A program made the translations under genes and the position numbers. This document shows, in pieces, positions 21,977-31,601 of a stretch of DNA of 64,000 bases (the stretch's first letter is position 1; every line of letters begins with the position of its first letter). The DNA is from Rhodospirillales bacterium (GTDB lineage: Bacteria > Pseudomonadota > Alphaproteobacteria > Rhodospirillales > Defluviicoccaceae). The DNA is taken from the NCBI GenBank assembly GCA_007694935.1, contig REES01000041.1:440-64439 (forward strand), read 5' to 3'. The notes under the pieces are model-generated. The model saw only the letters and a list, made by a program, of their open reading frames with translations, was not told where the DNA came from and made no database searches.

Positions 21977-23431
21977 ATGGGCAAGCCGACCGGTTTCAAG
22001 GAAATTGCGCGCCACGAGCGGCGCTATGCGCCGATCGAGGAGCGGGTGCGTCACTGGCGGGAATTCGTCATTCCGTTGGGCGAGGCGGAACTCGCCCGCC
22101 AGGGCGCGCGCTGCATGGATTGTGGCATCCCCTATTGTCACGAGGGGTGCCCGGTCAACAACATCATCCCCGACTGGAATGATCTGGTTTATCGCCAGGA
22201 CTGGCGGCAGGCGCTGGAGGTTCTCCACTCCACCAACAACTTCCCGGAGTTCACTGGGCGTATCTGCCCGGCCCCGTGCGAGGCCGCGTGCACGCTCAAC
22301 ATCACCGACGAGCCGGTCACCATCAAGACCATCGAGTGTGCGATCATCGACAAGGGGTGGGAAGAAGGCTGGGTGGTGCCGGAGATCGCCAAGCACCGCA
22401 CCGGCAAGCTCATAGCCGTGGTCGGGTCCGGGCCGGCGGGGTTGGCCTGTGCGCAGCAGCTCGCCCGCGCCGGCCATTCCGTGGTGGTGTTCGAGAAGCA
22501 GGACCGTATCGGCGGCCTGCTCCGCTATGGCATCCCCGACTTCAAGATGGAGAAGTACCACATCGATCGGCGGATGGCACAGATGCAGGCGGAGGGGGTG
22601 GAGTTCCGCCCCAACACCCACGTCGGCGTGCACGTCTCACCGCGGACGTTGATGGCGGATTTCGATGCCCTGGTGCTCGCCGGCGGCGCCGAGCAGCCTC
22701 GCGACCTGACGGTACCGGGACGGGATCTGGCGGGCGTCCACTGGGCGATGGATTTCCTGACCCAGCAGAATGCCCGCGTCGCCGGCGTTCCGGTGCCTGA
22801 CGAGAAGGCGATTCTTGCCACCGGCCGCCACGTGGTGGTGATCGGCGGCGGTGACACCGGCTCCGACTGTGTCGGCACATCGGTGCGTCAGAACGCTGCG
22901 TCGGTAACCCAGTTGGAGATCATGCCGAAGCCGCCGGAGCGGGAGAACAAGGACCTCACCTGGCCGCATTGGCCGCTCAAGCTTCGCACCTCGACCTCCC
23001 ATGAGGAGGGCTGTGAGCGGGACTGGGCCGTCACCACCAAGGGCTTCGCCGGCAGCAATGGGCGGGTCGAGCGTCTGCAACTGGCGCGCCTCAACTGGGT
23101 GCGGGATGACAATGACCGTTGGTCGATGAAGGAGATGGCCGGCAGCGAGTTCTCCATTCCCGCGGACTTGGTGCTGCTCGCCATGGGCTTCATCAACCCG
23201 GTCCACGATGCGCTGTTGACCGATCTCGATGTCGTGTTGGACGACGGCGGCAACGTCAAAGCGGATACCGAGGCCGATCCGGGCGCCTACCGGACCAGCG
23301 TCGACAAGGTGTTCACCTGCGGCGACATGCGCCGCGGGCAGTCATTGGTGGTCTGGGCGATCCGGGAAGGCCGGCAGTGCGCGCGTTCGGTCGACCAGTT
23401 CCTGATGGGCCACAGTGACCTGCCGCGCTAG
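21977..23431 (+). CDS. gltD: Glutamate synthase small subunit (NADPH)
   Basis: '[10 protein letters not shown]', Fe-S cysteines 'CMDCGIPYC', 'CPAPCEAAC' and the dinucleotide fold '[10 protein letters not shown]'. Confidence 0.95.
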   Translation: MGKPTGFKEIARHERRYAPIEERVRHWREFVIPLGEAELARQGARCMDCGIPYCHEGCPVNNIIPDWNDLVYRQDWRQALEVLHSTNNFPEFTGRICPAPCEAACTLNITDEPVTIKTIECAIIDKGWEEGWVVPEIAKHRTGKLIAVVGSGPAGLACAQQLARAGHSVVVFEKQDRIGGLLRYGIPDFKMEKYHIDRRMAQMQAEGVEFRPNTHVGVHVSPRTLMADFDALVLAGGAEQPRDLTVPGRDLAGVHWAMDFLTQQNARVAGVPVPDEKAILATGRHVVVIGGGDTGSDCVGTSVRQNAASVTQLEIMPKPPERENKDLTWPHWPLKLRTSTSHEEGCERDWAVTTKGFAGSNGRVERLQLARLNWVRDDNDRWSMKEMAGSEFSIPADLVLLAMGFINPVHDALLTDLDVVLDDGGNVKADTEADPGAYRTSVDKVFTCGDMRRGQSLVVWAIREGRQCARSVDQFLMGHSDLPR

Positions 23432-23473
23432 ACTAAGGTCGTTGTTGCGCGAGAGCCAAAGAGGGCGCCACTC

Positions 23474-23719
23474 ATGATCGTGTTCGACCTGCGCTGCGGC
23501 CAAGGCCATGCCTTCGAGGAATGGTTTGCCAGCCGCGCCGACTATGACGCCAAGGCTGCCGCCGCGGCGATTGCCTGCCCCACCTGCGGCGATGTCCATG
23601 TCACCCGCGCACTGTCGGCGCCGCGGATCAACTCGGGGGCAACCGCGCCGGCGCCGGTCGGGCCCTGTGGCCTGCCGGCCTGTGCCGGCGGCGCCTGCCA
23701 GGCGGCGCTGCCGCAATAG
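23474..23719 (+). CDS. DUF1178 family protein
   Basis: 'MIVFDLRCGQGHAFEEWF...CPTCG' is the characteristic DUF1178 N-terminal zinc-ribbon-like pattern. Confidence 0.6.
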   Translation: MIVFDLRCGQGHAFEEWFASRADYDAKAAAAAIACPTCGDVHVTRALSAPRINSGATAPAPVGPCGLPACAGGACQAALPQ

Positions 23720-23778
23720 CCGGGCGTTCGGCCCATGGGTTCAACCGATTCAGGGGTTCCTGGAATGACCGCCCGGCC

Positions 23779-24147
23779 ATGCGGCTCTGGCTGACCCTGG
23801 GCGGGCTGAACGGCTTCATGGCCGTGGGGGCCGGCGCCTATGGCTGGCATGGGCTCGGCGGCGATCCGATGTTCATGATGGCGGCGGAGTATCAGCTGGC
23901 CCATGCCCTGGCGCTGCTGGGCGTGGCTTGGCTGGCAACCGTGGCGACCGGGCGGCGGGCGCTGCTGGTGCGCCTGACCGGGGCCGCCTTCGTGCTGGGC
24001 ATTCTGCTGTTCTCCGGCACGCTCTATGCCCTGGCGCTCACCGCCACCGTCCCGGTGGCCGGTGCGGCCCCCGTGGGCGGGTTCCTGCTGATGGCCGGCT
24101 GGCTGCTGCTGGCGGTGACCGGCGTGATGCACGCGCGAGGATCCTAG
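23779..24147 (+). CDS. DUF423 (YgdD/TMEM256) membrane protein
   Basis: 122 aa with four TM helices. 'GGLNGFMAVGAGAYGWHGL' is the family signature. Confidence 0.65.
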   Translation: MRLWLTLGGLNGFMAVGAGAYGWHGLGGDPMFMMAAEYQLAHALALLGVAWLATVATGRRALLVRLTGAAFVLGILLFSGTLYALALTATVPVAGAAPVGGFLLMAGWLLLAVTGVMHARGS

Positions 24148-24261
24148 TCCGAGATGACGACGTCTGCCCATACGAGCCCGGCCAAGTCAGGGCCAGGGCG
24201 GGCGAAGCCTTCATCTCGCCGCGTACGATAAAACTGACCAGTGGCCGGGGTGACGGACGCG

Positions 24262-26997
24262 TCATAGCGTCAGGCGCACCTCGATGATGCTGGGGTCGTC
24301 GGGATTGGTCTTCTGGGTGAACTTGAACACTTGGCAGACCTTGAGCATCGGCTTGTTGTCCCGCAGCACCTCGCCGAAGATCTCCTTGATGCCGCGGCGG
24401 CGGCTGTAGTCGATGATCCGGCGCATCAGCAGCGGGCCCAGACCCTGCCCGGCCATGTCGCTGCGGACGGTGATGGCATACTCGGCCTTCTCGCCGTCCG
24501 GGTCGGCAGCGATGCGGACGCCGCCGTAGAGCTCGCTCTTGCCGGCCAGGCCGGGCTCGGCCAGCACCAGGGCCATCTCCCGATCGTAGTCGATCTGGGT
24601 GAGACGTGCCGCCAGCGCATGGCTCAGCTCCTTCTTGGGAGCAAAAAACCGCATCCGGATGTCCTCCGGCGACATTCGCGAGAACATGTCGACGAACGCC
24701 GGCTCATCCTCCGGCCGCACCGGGCGCAGCAGCAGCCGGCGGCCGTCGGGCAGGGCGATCGCCTCTTCCAGGTCCCGGGGATAGGGCCGGATCGCCAGGC
24801 GCTCTCCCGGGGCGCCCGTGGCCGCCTTGACCCGGATGCGGGCATCGAGCGCGGTCACCCCGAATTCGTCGGCCAGCAAGGGGTTGATGTCCAGTTCCAC
24901 GACCTCGGCAAAGTCGATCACCAACTGGGACACCTTGATCAGGGTTAGGGCGATATCCTCCAGCGCCGCCGGGGGGCGGCCGCGAAACCCTTTGAGCAGA
25001 CCGTGCACCCGGGTGCGCGACATCAGCTCGCGGGCGAGATTGAGGTTCAGCGGCGGCAGGGCGATGGCGGTGTCGTCCCGGATCTCCACCGCGGTCCCGC
25101 CATGGCCGAACAGGATCACCGGTCCGAACAGGCGATCCACCATGATGCCGATGATCAGCTCGAACGCATCCGGCCGGTCGATCATCGGCTGCACCGTGAA
25201 TCCTTCCACCTTGGCGTCGGGCGTGCGCTTGCGCACCCGCTCCAGCATCGCCTCGGCGGCATCGCGGACGGCGGCTGGCGTGCGGAGGTCCAGCGCAACT
25301 CCACCGACATCCGACTTGTGGGTGATGTCTTCGGACAGAATCTTCAGCGCCACCGGCCCGGTCTGCCGGGCGGCGATGACTCCGGCGGCGCGGGGATCCT
25401 CGGCGATGAAGGTCGGCACCACCGGCACCCCATAGGCGCTCAGCACCTGCTTGGCCTCCGGCTCGGTCAGCCACTCGCGGCCTTCCGCCACCGCCTTGGC
25501 GATCAGCTCCCGCGCCGACCCGGTATCGGGCTCGAACTCTTCGGACACCGAGGGCGGGGTCTGCATCAGCGCTTCCTGGTTGCGTCGGTAGTTGACCAGA
25601 TCCATGAACGCGCGGACTGCCCGCTCCGGGGTGAAGAAGGTCGGGATGTTGTGCTCGGCGAACATCCGCCGGGCCTGCCGCGGCGCCTCCTCGCCGAGCC
25701 AGCTGGTCAGCACGCAGGCCTTGCTCTTGCCGACGGTCCGGATCACTGCCTCGGCCGCTTCCGCGCCGGAAACCACGGCGATCGGGCAGTTCAGCACCAG
25801 AACCGCGTCGGCCTCCGGCTCCTTCAACAGGATTTCAAGGGTCTTGGCATAGCGCTCGCCCGGGGCGTCGCCGATGATGTCCACCGGATTGGCGTGGGAC
25901 CAAGTCGGCGGCAGCACCTGGTCGAGGGCCTCGATGGTGGCCGGGCCCAGCTCCGCCAGCCGGCCGCCGTAGTCGACCAGGGAGTCGGTGGCCATTACCC
26001 CGACGCCGCCGCCGTTGCTGAGTATCGCGAGCCGGTCGCCCCGTGGCGTCCGGCCCATGCCGAGGGTTTCCACCGCCCCGAACAGCCCCCCCAGATCCGC
26101 CACCCGCAGCATGCCCGCGCGGCGAAACGCCGCGTCGTAAACCGCGTCCATCCCGGCCAGTGCGCCGGTGTGGGAGGCCGCCGCCTCGGCGCCGGCGGCA
26201 CTCCGACCGGCCTTGACCACGATCACCGGCTTCACCCTTGAGGCCGCGCGGGCGGCAGACATGAACTTCCGGGCGTGGGTGATCGCCTCGATGTAGAGCA
26301 GAATGCCGCGGACCCCCGGGTCCTGGGCGAGGTAGTCCAGCATGTCGCCGAAATCGACGTCGCTCATGTCGCCGAGGGAGACCATGTGCGAGAAGCCGAT
26401 GCTGCGGGCCGCCGCCCAGTCCAGCACCGAGGTGACGATCGCCCCGGACTGGGCGACGAAGGCGAGATGCCCGCCTGACGGGGTGGTGTGGGCGAAGCTG
26501 GCATTGAGCCCGACCCCCGGCACCATGATGCCGAGGCAGTTGGGACCGATCACCCGAAGGGTGTGCGGCCGAGCCGCATCCAGCACCTGTTGGCGCAGCG
26601 AGCCGCCATCGCCGCCGGCGTCATCATCCCCATTGCCGTTGAGGCCGGCGGTGACGATGATGACACCGCGGGTGCCGCGGGCCGCCAAGTCGGCGACCAC
26701 GCCCGGCACCGTTGCGCGCGGGGTCGCGATCACCGCCAGATCGGCCGGTTCCGGCAGCGACTCCACGTCCGGATAGGCGAGCACCCCCTCGATCGCCCGG
26801 TGCCTCGGGTTGACCGGCATGATCGGACCGTCGAAGCCGGAGCTGAACAGGTTGTGTGCCAACACCGCCCCTACCGAGGACGGCGTCTTGCTGGCCCCGA
26901 TCAGCGCCACCGAGCGCGGCTTGAACAGGTAATCGAGATTGCGGATGCTCACGGCGCGGACTCCCTGTTTCGCAGTTGCGAAAGGCACTATAGTCAT
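24262..26997 (-). CDS. Pat-type protein lysine acetyltransferase (ADP-forming acyl-CoA synthetase-like domains + C-terminal GNAT)
   Basis: 911 aa. It has a CoA-binding N-terminus ('SVALIGAS'), a succinyl-CoA-synthetase-like flavodoxin domain, an ATP-grasp domain, and a C-terminal GNAT ('GQGLGPLLMRRIIDYSRRRG'). Confidence 0.85.
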   Translation of the reverse strand: MTIVPFATAKQGVRAVSIRNLDYLFKPRSVALIGASKTPSSVGAVLAHNLFSSGFDGPIMPVNPRHRAIEGVLAYPDVESLPEPADLAVIATPRATVPGVVADLAARGTRGVIIVTAGLNGNGDDDAGGDGGSLRQQVLDAARPHTLRVIGPNCLGIMVPGVGLNASFAHTTPSGGHLAFVAQSGAIVTSVLDWAAARSIGFSHMVSLGDMSDVDFGDMLDYLAQDPGVRGILLYIEAITHARKFMSAARAASRVKPVIVVKAGRSAAGAEAAASHTGALAGMDAVYDAAFRRAGMLRVADLGGLFGAVETLGMGRTPRGDRLAILSNGGGVGVMATDSLVDYGGRLAELGPATIEALDQVLPPTWSHANPVDIIGDAPGERYAKTLEILLKEPEADAVLVLNCPIAVVSGAEAAEAVIRTVGKSKACVLTSWLGEEAPRQARRMFAEHNIPTFFTPERAVRAFMDLVNYRRNQEALMQTPPSVSEEFEPDTGSARELIAKAVAEGREWLTEPEAKQVLSAYGVPVVPTFIAEDPRAAGVIAARQTGPVALKILSEDITHKSDVGGVALDLRTPAAVRDAAEAMLERVRKRTPDAKVEGFTVQPMIDRPDAFELIIGIMVDRLFGPVILFGHGGTAVEIRDDTAIALPPLNLNLARELMSRTRVHGLLKGFRGRPPAALEDIALTLIKVSQLVIDFAEVVELDINPLLADEFGVTALDARIRVKAATGAPGERLAIRPYPRDLEEAIALPDGRRLLLRPVRPEDEPAFVDMFSRMSPEDIRMRFFAPKKELSHALAARLTQIDYDREMALVLAEPGLAGKSELYGGVRIAADPDGEKAEYAITVRSDMAGQGLGPLLMRRIIDYSRRRGIKEIFGEVLRDNKPMLKVCQVFKFTQKTNPDDPSIIEVRLTL

Positions 26998-27027
26998 AAC
27001 GGAGTTTGCCCTGTGACGGGAGCACCG

Positions 27028-28740
27028 ATGAGCGTGTGGGACGATGCCCGGCTGAGGCTCGATGGCCTCCCCGACGGGCGGGGTCTAAACATTGCGCACG
27101 AGGCGGTAGACCGGCACGTCATCCGGGGACATGGCGACCGGTTGGCGCTTCGCTTTCTTCGCCGCGACGGCAGCGTCGGCGATCTCAGCTACCGGGACCT
27201 GGGCCGGGACAGCAGCCGCTTCGCCAACGGTCTCGACGCCCTCGGCATCTGTCCCGGTGACGTGGTGGCGACGCTGCTGGAGCGGGTGCCGGAGCTGTAC
27301 GTGACGGCGTTCGGCACCCTGAAGGCCAGAGCGGTGCTGTGCACGCTCTACGCGGCATTCGGGCCGGAGCCGGTCCGGGTCCGCTTGGCCAAGGGACGGG
27401 TCAAGGTTCTCGTCACCACCGCGGCCCAGTACGCCCGCAAGGTCGAGCCGGTGCGCCGCGAACTGCCCGACCTCACAAGCGTGATCATCATCGATGGGGA
27501 CCCCCCGCCCGGCACCGCGGGGTGGCAGCAGCTGATGTCGGCAGCCAGCGACCGGTGGAGCATTCCCGCCACAAGCGAGGACGATCCCGCCCTGATCCAC
27601 TTCACCAGCGGCACCACGGGCACGCCGAAGGCGGCCCTGCACGTGCATCAGGCGGTGGTGGCTCACGAGGCCACCGCGGTCGCCGTCCTCGCCCTGGGGC
27701 CCGGGGACGTGTTCTGGTGCACCGCCGACCCCGGCTGGGTCACCGGGGTGTCCTATGGCATCGTGGCACCGCTGGTCTGCGGCGCCACCGGCATCGTAGA
27801 CGAAGCCGGTTTCGAGCCGGAACGGTGGTATCGCATTCTCGCCGAGCAGCGGGTGAGCGTCTGGTATACGGCGCCGACGGCGATCCGGATGCTGATCAAG
27901 GCGGGCGACACCCTCCCGCGTCGCCACGATCTCCGAGCGCTCAGGGTTGCTGCCAGCGTCGGTGAACCGCTCGACGCGGGCGCGGTACTGTGGGGACGGG
28001 AGGCGCTGGGCCAGCCGTTTCATGACACCTGGTGGCAGACCGAGACCGGTGCCATCATGATCGCCAACCGGCCCGGCGAGCCGATCCGTCCCGGCGCCAT
28101 GGGCCGGCCGCTGGCGGGTGTCGAGGCGGCGGTGGTGACCCGCCATCAAGACGGCGAGGCGGTCCGCATCGAACCAACCGAGGGCAGCGGCGAGCTCGCC
28201 CTCAGGGCCGGCTGGCCATCGATGTTCCGCGGTTATCTCGGCGACGACGCCCGCTACCGGGCCGCCTTCGCCGGCGGCTTCTATCTCACTGGCGACCTGG
28301 TGCGGCGGGACGGCGACGGCTGGTTCTGGTTCGTCGGCCGTGCCGACGACGTGATCAAGTCTGCCGGGCGGCTGATCGGCCCGATCGAGGTGGAGAGCGT
28401 CCTGCTGCAACACCCGGCGGTGGCCGAGGCCGGGGTGATCGGCCTGCCCGACCCCACGGTGGGCGAGATGCTGAAGGCGTTCGTCACCCTGAAGGACGGC
28501 ATCGCCGGCGACGCGGCGCTCGGCCGCGACATACTGGCACACGCCCGCCGACGGCTCGGGCCGGCCACCGCCCCCCGCGAGGTGGTGTTCCGGCCCGCCC
28601 TGCCGAAGACCCGCAGCGGCAAGATCATGCGCCGACTGCTGAAGGCGCGGGAACTCGGGCTGCCGGAAGGCGATCTCTCGACGCTGGAGGACGAGCCCGC
28701 GGCCTCCAGCGCCCCGCCCGAGGCGAAGGCGTCGTCATGA
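27028..28740 (+). CDS. AMP-forming acyl/acetyl-CoA synthetase (AcsA-like)
   Basis: Adenylation motifs 'IHFTSGTTGTPKA', 'WWQTETG', 'YLTGDLVRRDGDGWFWFVGRADDVIK' and a C-terminal 'PKTRSGKIMRR' (PX4GK acetylation motif). Confidence 0.85.
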   Translation: MSVWDDARLRLDGLPDGRGLNIAHEAVDRHVIRGHGDRLALRFLRRDGSVGDLSYRDLGRDSSRFANGLDALGICPGDVVATLLERVPELYVTAFGTLKARAVLCTLYAAFGPEPVRVRLAKGRVKVLVTTAAQYARKVEPVRRELPDLTSVIIIDGDPPPGTAGWQQLMSAASDRWSIPATSEDDPALIHFTSGTTGTPKAALHVHQAVVAHEATAVAVLALGPGDVFWCTADPGWVTGVSYGIVAPLVCGATGIVDEAGFEPERWYRILAEQRVSVWYTAPTAIRMLIKAGDTLPRRHDLRALRVAASVGEPLDAGAVLWGREALGQPFHDTWWQTETGAIMIANRPGEPIRPGAMGRPLAGVEAAVVTRHQDGEAVRIEPTEGSGELALRAGWPSMFRGYLGDDARYRAAFAGGFYLTGDLVRRDGDGWFWFVGRADDVIKSAGRLIGPIEVESVLLQHPAVAEAGVIGLPDPTVGEMLKAFVTLKDGIAGDAALGRDILAHARRRLGPATAPREVVFRPALPKTRSGKIMRRLLKARELGLPEGDLSTLEDEPAASSAPPEAKASS

Positions 28741-28789
28741 CCGCCCGACCGATCCCCTGAGCGGACTCGCAAGAGCACCGGAGGCCCCG

Positions 28790-29059
28790 ATGGACCGTGA
28801 GCAGATCCGATCGCTGATCCTGGAAACCCTGGCGGAGGTTGCACCCGACGCCGACCTGGCACAGCTCGACCCTGATTCCACCTTCCACGACCAACTCGGC
28901 ACCGATTCGGTCGATTTCCTCAATCTCGTGCTGGCGCTCGAGCAGAAGCTCGACCTGCATGTGCCGGAAGGCGACTACCCGAGGCTCGCCTCGCTCACCG
29001 GCGCCATCGACTGCCTGCACCCCTTGGTGCAGAAAAAGGCAGGCGCATCAGCCTCCTAG
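28790..29059 (+). CDS. Acyl carrier protein-like (phosphopantetheine attachment)
   Basis: 89 aa with 'LGTDSVDFLNLV' (a DS-motif serine in ACP context). Confidence 0.7.
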   Translation: MDREQIRSLILETLAEVAPDADLAQLDPDSTFHDQLGTDSVDFLNLVLALEQKLDLHVPEGDYPRLASLTGAIDCLHPLVQKKAGASAS

Positions 29060-29225
29060 CGGCAGAACCCTGGGCACGCCGTGACGGGCCGGTTGGGGCG
29101 GCTTCGCGCGCCTCGAGGAGGCGCCGCGTTGCTGCCGCTTTCGTTTGCCTTCGCGGCTGGGTTGTGGTGTGTTCGGCGCGCGGCCTAGGGCCGGCTCGGG
29201 CTAGAACTGCTACGGGGAGCGCGCG

Positions 29226-29747
29226 ATGCGGAAACCGATTTTGCTGACCATGACTCTGGTCGCCCTGCTGCTGCCGCCGGCCGGCGCCCACGCCGACACC
29301 CAGGTGGTGCGCCTGTTCCACGGGACCGGGCTCAAGGCCGACAAGATCGTCGTGCACAAGAGCGAACGGCGCCTGAAGCTGATGAGAAACGGAGCGATCT
29401 TTCGGATCTATCCGATCGATCTCGGATTCTCCCCCACGGGACACAAGGTCCGGGAAGGGGACGGCCGCACCCCGGAAGGAACGTACTACATCGACTGGCG
29501 CAATCCGGGCAGCCAATTCCACCTGTCCTTGCGGATTTCCTATCCCAACGCCGAGGACGAGGCGAAGGCCGACGCGCTCGGCGTGCGCCCGGGTGGCATG
29601 ATCATGATCCACGGCCAGCCCAACTATGCCAATCCGCGCCGCCCCAAACAAGACTGGACCGAGGGCTGCATTGCCGTCAGCAACGCCGACATGGAAGAAA
29701 TCTGGCATGCCGTGGATGACGGCACGCTGATCGAGATTCGTCCGTAA
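29226..29747 (+). CDS. YafK/DpaA-like L,D-transpeptidase-fold protein
   Basis: Signal peptide, then 'VVHKSERRLKLM...GDGRTPEGTYYI...YPNAEDE...IMIHG...TEGCIAVSNADMEEIW'. This is the YkuD catalytic His/Cys arrangement in the short YafK-like layout. Confidence 0.75.
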   Translation: MRKPILLTMTLVALLLPPAGAHADTQVVRLFHGTGLKADKIVVHKSERRLKLMRNGAIFRIYPIDLGFSPTGHKVREGDGRTPEGTYYIDWRNPGSQFHLSLRISYPNAEDEAKADALGVRPGGMIMIHGQPNYANPRRPKQDWTEGCIAVSNADMEEIWHAVDDGTLIEIRP

Positions 29748-29899
29748 CCCGTTTTATCTTTTGGCTCTTGCGTCAAACCGCTGCGACGGCTAGGCTCTTA
29801 ATCCATCGTTTGCGCTCGCTCGCGGGGGCCGGTCGGGTGGTTCTTCGGCAACCCAAAGGTGGCGCTCTTCCAGGGGAACACAGCTGAGGAGATCCTAGA

Positions 29900-30127
29900 A
29901 TGATTCGTCGCAATCTCATGGCCGTGGTGGTGGTTGCAGGAACGGCTCTGGTTGCCGGCTGCGCCACTCAAGCCGAGGTCGACCGGTTGAGTGCAGACGT
30001 GAGCGCCCTCCGGGCCGACGTGAATGCCCTGCAGGGCCAAATGCAGGCGACACAAGACGCCGCGATGCGGGCGCAGCAGTCCTCCGAGCGGGTCGAGGCG
30101 ATGTTCCGGGGGCAGATGCGCAAGTAA
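29900..30127 (+). CDS. lpp: Braun lipoprotein (Lpp)-like outer-membrane lipoprotein
   Basis: Lipobox 'LVAGC', then a heptad coiled coil 'AEVDRLSADVSALRADVNALQGQM' closely resembling E. coli Lpp '[20 protein letters not shown]'. It ends in '...MRK' with a C-terminal Lys like Lpp 'YRK'. Confidence 0.7.
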   Translation: MIRRNLMAVVVVAGTALVAGCATQAEVDRLSADVSALRADVNALQGQMQATQDAAMRAQQSSERVEAMFRGQMRK

Positions 30128-30346
30128 GCACCGCACCCCGGCCCGCGTGATCAAGGGGGCGTGTGGCCCTCGAACACACTAGGGTCTTGCTATCGCGTTA
30201 GGCGTTGCGGGCACGGCGTCTCGATCGGGCGCCGTGCCGCTCTTTTGAGGGGGATGCGGCGCCGAGATCGGGGCGAGCGGCTGCCGAACGCGCCGGTTGG
30301 CAGGCACCGGTCAGGGTGGGGCCCGCTTGCGTACCAACGGCGTCGG

Positions 30347-30886
30347 CTAATCCAGCAGGAATTCGCGAAACAGCACCTGTTCGGCCGCGGCGGGACGAAT
30401 GGTCTCGTTGACGATCGACAGCATCTCGTAGCGGAGCCGGGCCGCGCCTTCGGTGCCCTCCAGTTCGTGACGGCGGTAGTCGCGAAGATGCAGCTGCAGG
30501 GCATCTTCGATGGCGGCGTGCTTCTCCCGCAACCGCGCTGCATCCGAAGCGGGAACCTGCACCACCAGGGCGATCCGGACGACGCTCCGCCGGCCGCCAT
30601 CGGGCCGGAGGTCGGTCACGAAGGCCGGCAAGCCGACATATTCTCTCGGCTCCGGCAGCGGCGTCACCACCGCTTCGGGGCCGGACCGGGAGACCGCCCA
30701 CGCGGTACCCAGAACCGCCAGCCCCAGTACTGCACCGAAGCCGGCCATCGTCACGGGCCGGCACAAGTGGCGAAGCAGCCGTCCGCGCAAGGAATGTATC
30801 CGCCCTTCGCACCCGTCCGCAGCGCCGTCGGCTTCCTGTTGCGCCGGGTCTTGACCGTCACCGCCCCGCATCGACGCCGCCCGCAC
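30347..30886 (-). CDS. FliL-like protein (stand-alone)
   Basis: One TM helix ('GFGAVLGLAVLGTAWAV'), then 'YVGLPAFVTDL...VVRIALVVQV...HAAIEDALQLHL...LRYEMLSIVNE...QVLFREFLLD', which follows the FliL family pattern. The start codon is uncertain. Confidence 0.55.
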   Translation of the reverse strand: MRAASMRGGDGQDPAQQEADGAADGCEGRIHSLRGRLLRHLCRPVTMAGFGAVLGLAVLGTAWAVSRSGPEAVVTPLPEPREYVGLPAFVTDLRPDGGRRSVVRIALVVQVPASDAARLREKHAAIEDALQLHLRDYRRHELEGTEGAARLRYEMLSIVNETIRPAAAEQVLFREFLLD

Positions 30887-30959
30887 TCCAGCCGCTGACC
30901 TCGGGTAACCGCCCGGGCGTTCACCCCGCGACGATACGTTGCGGCCGGTTGCCGATCGG

Positions 30960-31421
30960 TTACGGGGTCGCCGCGGTCCCCAACTCGCCGGGAGCCCGGA
31001 GCATCTTTTCCACCTCGCCGGCGTGGCGGGATTCCTCGGCGATCATCTGGCGGGCATATTCCTCGAGCATGACATGGCCGTCGACCAGGGCCAGCAGTTG
31101 CCGGTAGAGGTCCAGGGCCTCCCGCTCATGCTCCAGCGATTCGTTGAGGATGCTCAGCAGGTCGTGCCGATGGCTTTCCAGCAGCTTGCCGATGCCGAGG
31201 GATGGGTGGCCGCCGAGATGGGTGATCATCTCTCCTGCCTCCTGGGCATGAAGAACTGATTCCGCCGCCTGGGAGCGCAGCCATTTGACAATGGGTATCC
31301 GGTTGAAGCCGAATATCATGAACGAGTAGTGGGTATACCGGACCACACCCGCCAGTTCCGCTTCGAGGATGCGGTTCAGGACGGCGATGACGGAGTCCGT
31401 ATCGATGTGTCGGTCGGTCAT
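30960..31421 (-). CDS. Ferritin-like (bacterioferritin family) protein
   Basis: A four-helix di-iron pattern with 'LEAELAG', 'ESVLHAQE', 'EHEREALDLY' and 'EESRHAGEVEKML'. ATG at 31421. Confidence 0.7.
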   Translation of the reverse strand: MTDRHIDTDSVIAVLNRILEAELAGVVRYTHYSFMIFGFNRIPIVKWLRSQAAESVLHAQEAGEMITHLGGHPSLGIGKLLESHRHDLLSILNESLEHEREALDLYRQLLALVDGHVMLEEYARQMIAEESRHAGEVEKMLRAPGELGTAATP

Positions 31422-31601
31422 GCTATGCTCCCCACCCCTAGAAAACCTGACAGCCCGGATCCGTCCGTTCGGACCGCCGGTCGCAGGTCCCAACCCTGCT
31501 TGGACCTCGGCGCCACGGCCGCCGGGGCATGTTGCCCGACTCGCTAACAGATTAGCGGCGACGGCGCAACGCGCTTGGGAGAGGGTCCGGGACCGGCTCC
31601 C

